A DNA stretch of 14,044 nt from Azolla caroliniana (Eukaryota > Plantae > Polypodiophyta). Below the pieces are notes generated by a model. That model searched no databases, was not told the origin of the DNA, and saw only the letters and a list, made by a program, of their open reading frames with translations. Below are positions 9,565 through 14,044 of the stretch, piece after piece (the stretch's first letter is position 1; every line of letters begins with the position of its first letter). The translations under genes were made by a program, and so were the position numbers. Location: NCBI GenBank assembly GCA_043228905.1, contig JBHGNT010000905.1, positions 1 through 14,044 of the forward strand, in the 5' to 3' direction.

Positions 9565-9935
9565 ACACGCACAAAATGTTAGAGCATCCATAATTTATAA
9601 TTTCTTTTTTCCAATGATTCAAAATGTTGACAAACATTTTACATACCTCTTAGGGTTTCCAAATTGAGCGCACTAAGCCATCAAGACATTAAGGTACTGG
9701 ATTCTTGCATGTAATGCACTCTACATTAGCAACAATTGTGTTTGAGAGGAGATGTTGCATGATTTTGTGGTAGCTCCTCGTTAAGGCATTGTCAAACTTT
9801 ACAAACGAATTGACCTCATCCCTTCGCATGTGCCATGCATGGCTCACACAACACATAGATGTTCATGCAATCTTGTGGAGTCATTGGACAATTCACCTCT
9901 GATACTACAATCTAGGGATACACTAAAGATTCCTT

Positions 9936-9938
<3 letters not shown>

Positions 9939-9987
<49 letters not shown>
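9939..9987. repeat. (GA)24 microsatellite
   Basis: Perfect GA run. Confidence 0.95.
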
Positions 9988-9989
<2 letters not shown>

Positions 9990-10301
9990 TAACATTATAA
10001 TGAGATATAAGGTAATGTTTATAAACCTTATTATCCTACTAGAGTGAGAGAGACATAGTTGTAATTTTGATGGGAGAAGTGCAAAGGTGAACTCGTAAAG
10101 CTTTTGCAATGGATATTTGAAACCATAATTGTGCTAACTGTTTTCTGTACAGTTTCTCTGTTTCAAGCATATCTTGAAATTAAACTAGTCCATTCAATAA
10201 GACTTATTGCTTGTCTAGTAGCAAAGACTTGTTGAGCTTCGAGCATACTTCCACATTTTGCATACATTTTGCAAGGACATTTGAGCATGGAAGTTGTTCC
10301 C

Positions 10302-10637
10302 TATAAAGAATCAGATATGATTCTGTGTGCAACGGAAGGTGTGTGTGTAAAGAGAGAGAGAAAATAGAGTTATACAGAAAATGAGAAAAACTATATTAAC
10401 AAGAACAAGAATGAACCAATAGTACAAAGAGGGAGAGAAAGGTCCTTATATAGACACCTTCTCTCTATACAACCACCACTTACTAAAGAGAGGTGGAGAC
10501 TTAACTACACTGAATATGTGTCATAGAACTTTAAGGTTCTATGACACACTAGTTACTATATTAGTAAGTGGGGTGTTCACACTTGAGTATACTAGGGTGT
10601 GTTCCCACACTAGGGAAGTTGAATTTGATTCTCAACA
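10302..10637 (-). repeat. 3' LTR of copia A (336 bp)
   Basis: On - strand begins TGTTGAGAATCAAAT directly after the PPT TTGAGGGGGTG. The other end reads TATAAAGAATCAGAT on +, an imperfect terminal inverted repeat with terminal CA mutated to TA. TATA box CTATATAA at 10446-10453 is followed by a CT-rich R/U5. Confidence 0.75.
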
Positions 10638-10748
10638 CACCCCCTCAAACACAACTTCCAGTCTCTCAGAAGTTGGTTTGGACTGATCTTCGGGTCGGCT
10701 TTGAGTCGATTACGGCTTCGGCTTCAAATAGCCGACTCACCCTTGTGT

Positions 10749-11718
10749 TTACTCTAGTCCGTTCGACGTCGCGTCATATAGCTCCTTATCCATACTCCCC
10801 CTCAAGCTCAGTTGGTTGGTGATTGAGAGACCGATGTTCGTCGTGAACTATCATCGCCTAGGGCCTTTGTGAAGATGTCGGCCGTCTGCAGATATGTGTT
10901 GATGTGTTGCATGTCGACGTCTCCGGCAAGGACACATTCTCAGATGAAATGATAGTGCACCTCAATGCACTAAGTCCGAACGTGGAAATCTAGGTTTCGG
11001 GATAGGTAGATGTTGCTCATGTTGTCGCAATACAGGAGAATCGGATCCTTGATGGGAACGCCCAGATCCTTCAATATACGCTTTAACCAAACGACTTCAC
11101 ATGCGACGACGGTCGCGCCCCTATATTCGGCTTTTGTGCTCGACAGTGCGATTGTTAGTTTCTTTTTGCTACTCCACGATATGGTGCCGCTACCAAGAGA
11201 GAAGACAAATCCTGATGTTGATTGTTTGTCGGCTTTGTAGCCTGCCCAATCATCATCGGTGTGCCCTTCGAGTCAAATAGGTGTGATCGAGCTATAGAGG
11301 ATGCCGAAATCCATCGTCCCACCCACATAGTGTAACACTCGTTTAGCATAGTTGAGATGAATGTCATGCAGAGTCTGCATGAACTCGCTAAGGAGGCTAA
11401 CCGAGTAACTGAGATCTGGTCGGGAGACGGTGAGATAGATTAGGCTTCCGATTAGCTGACGATAGAGAGTTGGTTCACACTCTTTTGTGCCAGACTCAAC
11501 TTCTAGCTTTAGGTTTCGATCAAGAGGGGTGGTGACGACCTTACATTCTGTCATCCCAAACTTGTAAAGAAGATTGAGGATATAGTGTCGTTGGGAGATC
11601 ATGATGTTGTCTGGAGTCTGAAGTACTTCTATCCCTAGAAGTTAATGGAGCTCCTTCATGCCTTTCATTTCGAATCGGCTGGAGAGTAAGTTCTTGGTGT
11701 GTTTGATATCCATGATAT
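10749..11718 (-). pseudogene. Copia A pol remnant (RT C-terminal half and RNase H)
   Basis: DIKHTKNLLSSRFEMKGMKELH*LLGIEV..ISQRHY..YRQLIGSLIYLTVSRPDL..HTDDDWAG..STSGFVF..ISWSSKK..LSSTKAEY..LYCDNMS..FHVRT*CIEVHYHFI*E..ADIFTKALG. Stops at 11642-11644, 11273-11275, 10970-10972 and 10940-10942; frameshift near 10850. Confidence 0.92.
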
Positions 11719-12383
11719 TGATAGGAACTACACGCTCCCGATATACAACGCTCGGCCACAACCGAGTCTAAGATCAAACACAGAAAACGGATAATGAACT
11801 CACGACATAAAGGAGAGAAGAGTACACAGGATGTTTAATGTGGAAAACCCTGAGAGGGAAAAACCACGGGAGTCCATAGACTCCAAACTATCACTATATC
11901 ACAATGATTACAATAGTGAGCTCACGGAGGCAATGACCTCGGGCTCACGATCTTCGCCATAGGCGGCAGTTACAACAGAGGCAACAACCTCTTCCTCTCT
12001 CTCTCTCTCTGTACGCTGTTACGCGCTCTCAAGTCTTGCACCAACAAGAATGACGACCACTCAATAAGTTTGCCCTAAGTCATATTTATACTAATATGAC
12101 TTTTCAGCTATTTACAAATATAGCCTCGATGGACTCTCAGACGACATATTTACGAATATGTCCCTTCATCCGGTGAGCGCTCCTCACCGAGCCTGCATCA
12201 TCCGGATCTTGCCGGGTACTCGTCATCCGGTTCTCACCGGGTCTTCCGTTGTCGGGTCCTTGTCATCCGGTTCTCACCGGGTCTTCGTAGCCGGGTCTTC
12301 CACATCCGGTTTCGGCCTCGACCGAGTTTGCTCATCAGTACTGTTCTTCTCACTTCCCATCCGGAGGGACCTGTTTCCTAACA
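11719..12383 (-). repeat. 3' LTR of copia B (665 bp)
   Basis: On - strand TGTTAGGAA...TTCCTATCA (8/9 terminal inverted repeat), starting 2 nt after the PPT. TATAAAT at 12084-12090; CCGG-rich U3 repeats. Confidence 0.88.
12222..12286. repeat. U3 direct repeat, 25 bp x2 at 40-bp spacing
   Basis: GTCATCCGGTTCTCACCGGGTCTTC at 12222-12246 and 12262-12286. Confidence 0.9.
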
Positions 12384-12393
12384 AACTCCCCCT

Positions 12394-14044
12394 TCACTCC
12401 GGCATGGGATGTCTTACTAGTCCGACTCGCTTCTGGCATGCATCCAGCTTGTCAGGTATCAATACTTTGGTCAACATATCTGACCCGTTCTCGGCTATAT
12501 GGATCTTCGTCAGCGCGAACTCCTGGTCATCTACTCTTTCCCGGATCCAGTGATACCTATGCTGGATATGCTTCGTCCGGGAATGGTAGGCCACATTCTT
12601 AGTAAGGTGGATGACACTTTGACTGTCGCAATAGAGCCGATATTCATCTTGCCGGATACCGAGCTCTCCGATGAAGTCCTTCATACATAATATTTCCTTG
12701 TCGGCTTCCACAACCGCCATGTACTTCGCCTCCGTGGTTGACAACGCAACCGTCTTCTGCAACCTCGACTACCATGAAACAACTCCCCCTGCATATGTCA
12801 TTACATACCCAGATGTAGACCGGCTGGTATCCACATCAGCCGACATGTCCGAATCGGTAAAACCGTCAAGTTGAGGTTTTCCGGAGCCGAACCAGAGACA
12901 CATATTTGAAGTGCCCTTCAAGTACTGGAGTATCCATTTGACCGCATTCCAGTGCTCCTTGCGAGGGTTGCTCATGAATCGGCTCACCACTCCGACTGCG
13001 TATCCTATATCCGATCGGGTACACACCATTGCGTACATCAAGCTCCCGACGACAGAGGCATATGGAACCTTCATCATATCAGCCTTCTCTGCTTTCGTCT
13101 TCGGGCTTTGCTTACCGGATAACCTGTAGTTTGCCGGAAGTGTCGATCCGACCTGTTTCGCATCTGACAGGTTGAACCGCTGAAGCACCTTTGTCACGTA
13201 CTTCTCCTGTGACAGCCACAATTGCTTCGTTGGCCGGTTCCGGATGACATGCATCCCCAGCATTTGTCTTGCCGGACCGAAGTCTTTCATTGAGAAGGTT
13301 CGGTTGAGAGCCTTCTTCAGCTTCCGTATTTTGGCTTGGTCCCGTCCGACGATCAACATGTCGTCCACGTATAGAAGGAGTATCAGGAAGTCGCCTCCTT
13401 CGAACTTCTTCACAAACACGCAGTGATCGGCTTGCGTCTTGTGGTACCCTTGATCTGTCATGAAGGAGAACTTCTGGTACCATTGTCGGGGTGTCTGCTT
13501 CAATCCGTACAGGCTCTTCTTCAACCGACATACCAGGTGCTACTTCCCTTTCTCCACGAATCCTTCCGGTTGCTGCATGTAGATCTCCTCTTTGAGGTTG
13601 CCGTGAAGGAATGTTGTCTTCACGTCCAACTGCTCTACCTTGAGATCCATGCTTGCCGCTATACTCAACACCGTCCGGATGGAGGTCATCTTTACTACCG
13701 GGGCAAATATCTCATCGAAGTCCACGCCCTTCTTCTGCTGGAACCCCTTCACCACGATCCTGGCTTTGTATCTTGGGGGGTTGCTGTCATCTCCCGGTTT
13801 CAACTTGTACACCCACTTATTTCGGAGTGCCCGGTTTCCTTTCGGCAACTCCACCAATTCATACGTATGGTTCTAATGTAGGGAATCCATCTCATCCTGC
13901 ATGGCACTTAACCATTTGCGGTTGTGGGTGTCATCCTTCGCTTCTTCGAAGCTTTCTAGCTCCCCCTCATCGGTCAGCAGCACATGCTCTGCATCCAGAA
14001 ATCTCCGGGGGCCCCTTCTCTCTCTGAGAGGATATCTCCTTCTT
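12394..14044 (-). pseudogene. Copia B pol (reverse transcriptase and RNase H) with in-frame stops
   Basis: Track ORFs 13540-13857, 12769-13524 and 12394-12762 share one frame, broken by TAG at 13873-13875, 13540-13542 and 12769-12771. Motifs: WLSAMQDEMDSL, QLDVKTTFLHG, SLYGLKQTPRQWY, LLLYVDDML, TDSD, LYCDSQS, HSRTKHI, SDMLTK. Confidence 0.95.

Larger units (their letters stand above)
10302..11718 (-). mobile_element. Ty1/copia retrotransposon A, 3' part (RT C-half, RNase H, PPT, 3' LTR), interrupted by element B
   Basis: Copia RT/RNase H motifs on the - strand, PPT at 10638-10648, LTR at 10302-10637. Coding similarity stops abruptly at 11718, where the LTR of element B starts. Confidence 0.9.
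11719..14044 (-). mobile_element. Ty1/copia retrotransposon B (Tnt1/Tork-like), 3' part; continues beyond window
   Basis: RT plus RNase H in a single frame, PPT GAAGGGGGAG at 12386-12395, LTR at 11719-12383. RT peptide KARIVVKGFQQKKGVDFDEIFAPVVKMTSIRTVL closely resembles tobacco Tnt1. Confidence 0.95.

Noticed and set aside
12158-14027. Plus-strand and alternate-frame ORFs over copia B
   Set aside because: Shadow ORFs of GC-rich pol and U3 sequence with no independent coding signature.

Overview
Eukaryotic land-plant genomic DNA, possibly a fern or other non-seed plant (taxon is inference only). Bases 1-2158 hold the 3' part of an intron-containing SMAX1-like/SMXL (D53-family, Clp-ATPase-like) gene on the + strand, with three exons visible (<1-290, 551-733, 872-2158). 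The protein has a variant degron (RGKM instead of RGKT), an extended EAR motif and a short C-terminus. Bases ~2.2-10.3 kb are AT-rich intergenic DNA with decayed non-LTR (L1-like) fragments, microsatellites, a 113-bp tandem duplication and a 23-nt tRNA-Ala-like fragment between 9-bp direct repeats. Bases 10302-14044 are two decayed Ty1/copia retrotransposons on the - strand. A Tnt1/Tork-like element (3' LTR 11719-12383, pol running off the window) is nested inside the RT of an older copia (3' LTR 10302-10637). I found no clear new multi-gene system; the best leads are the atypical SMXL and several small retroposition and LTR structures.
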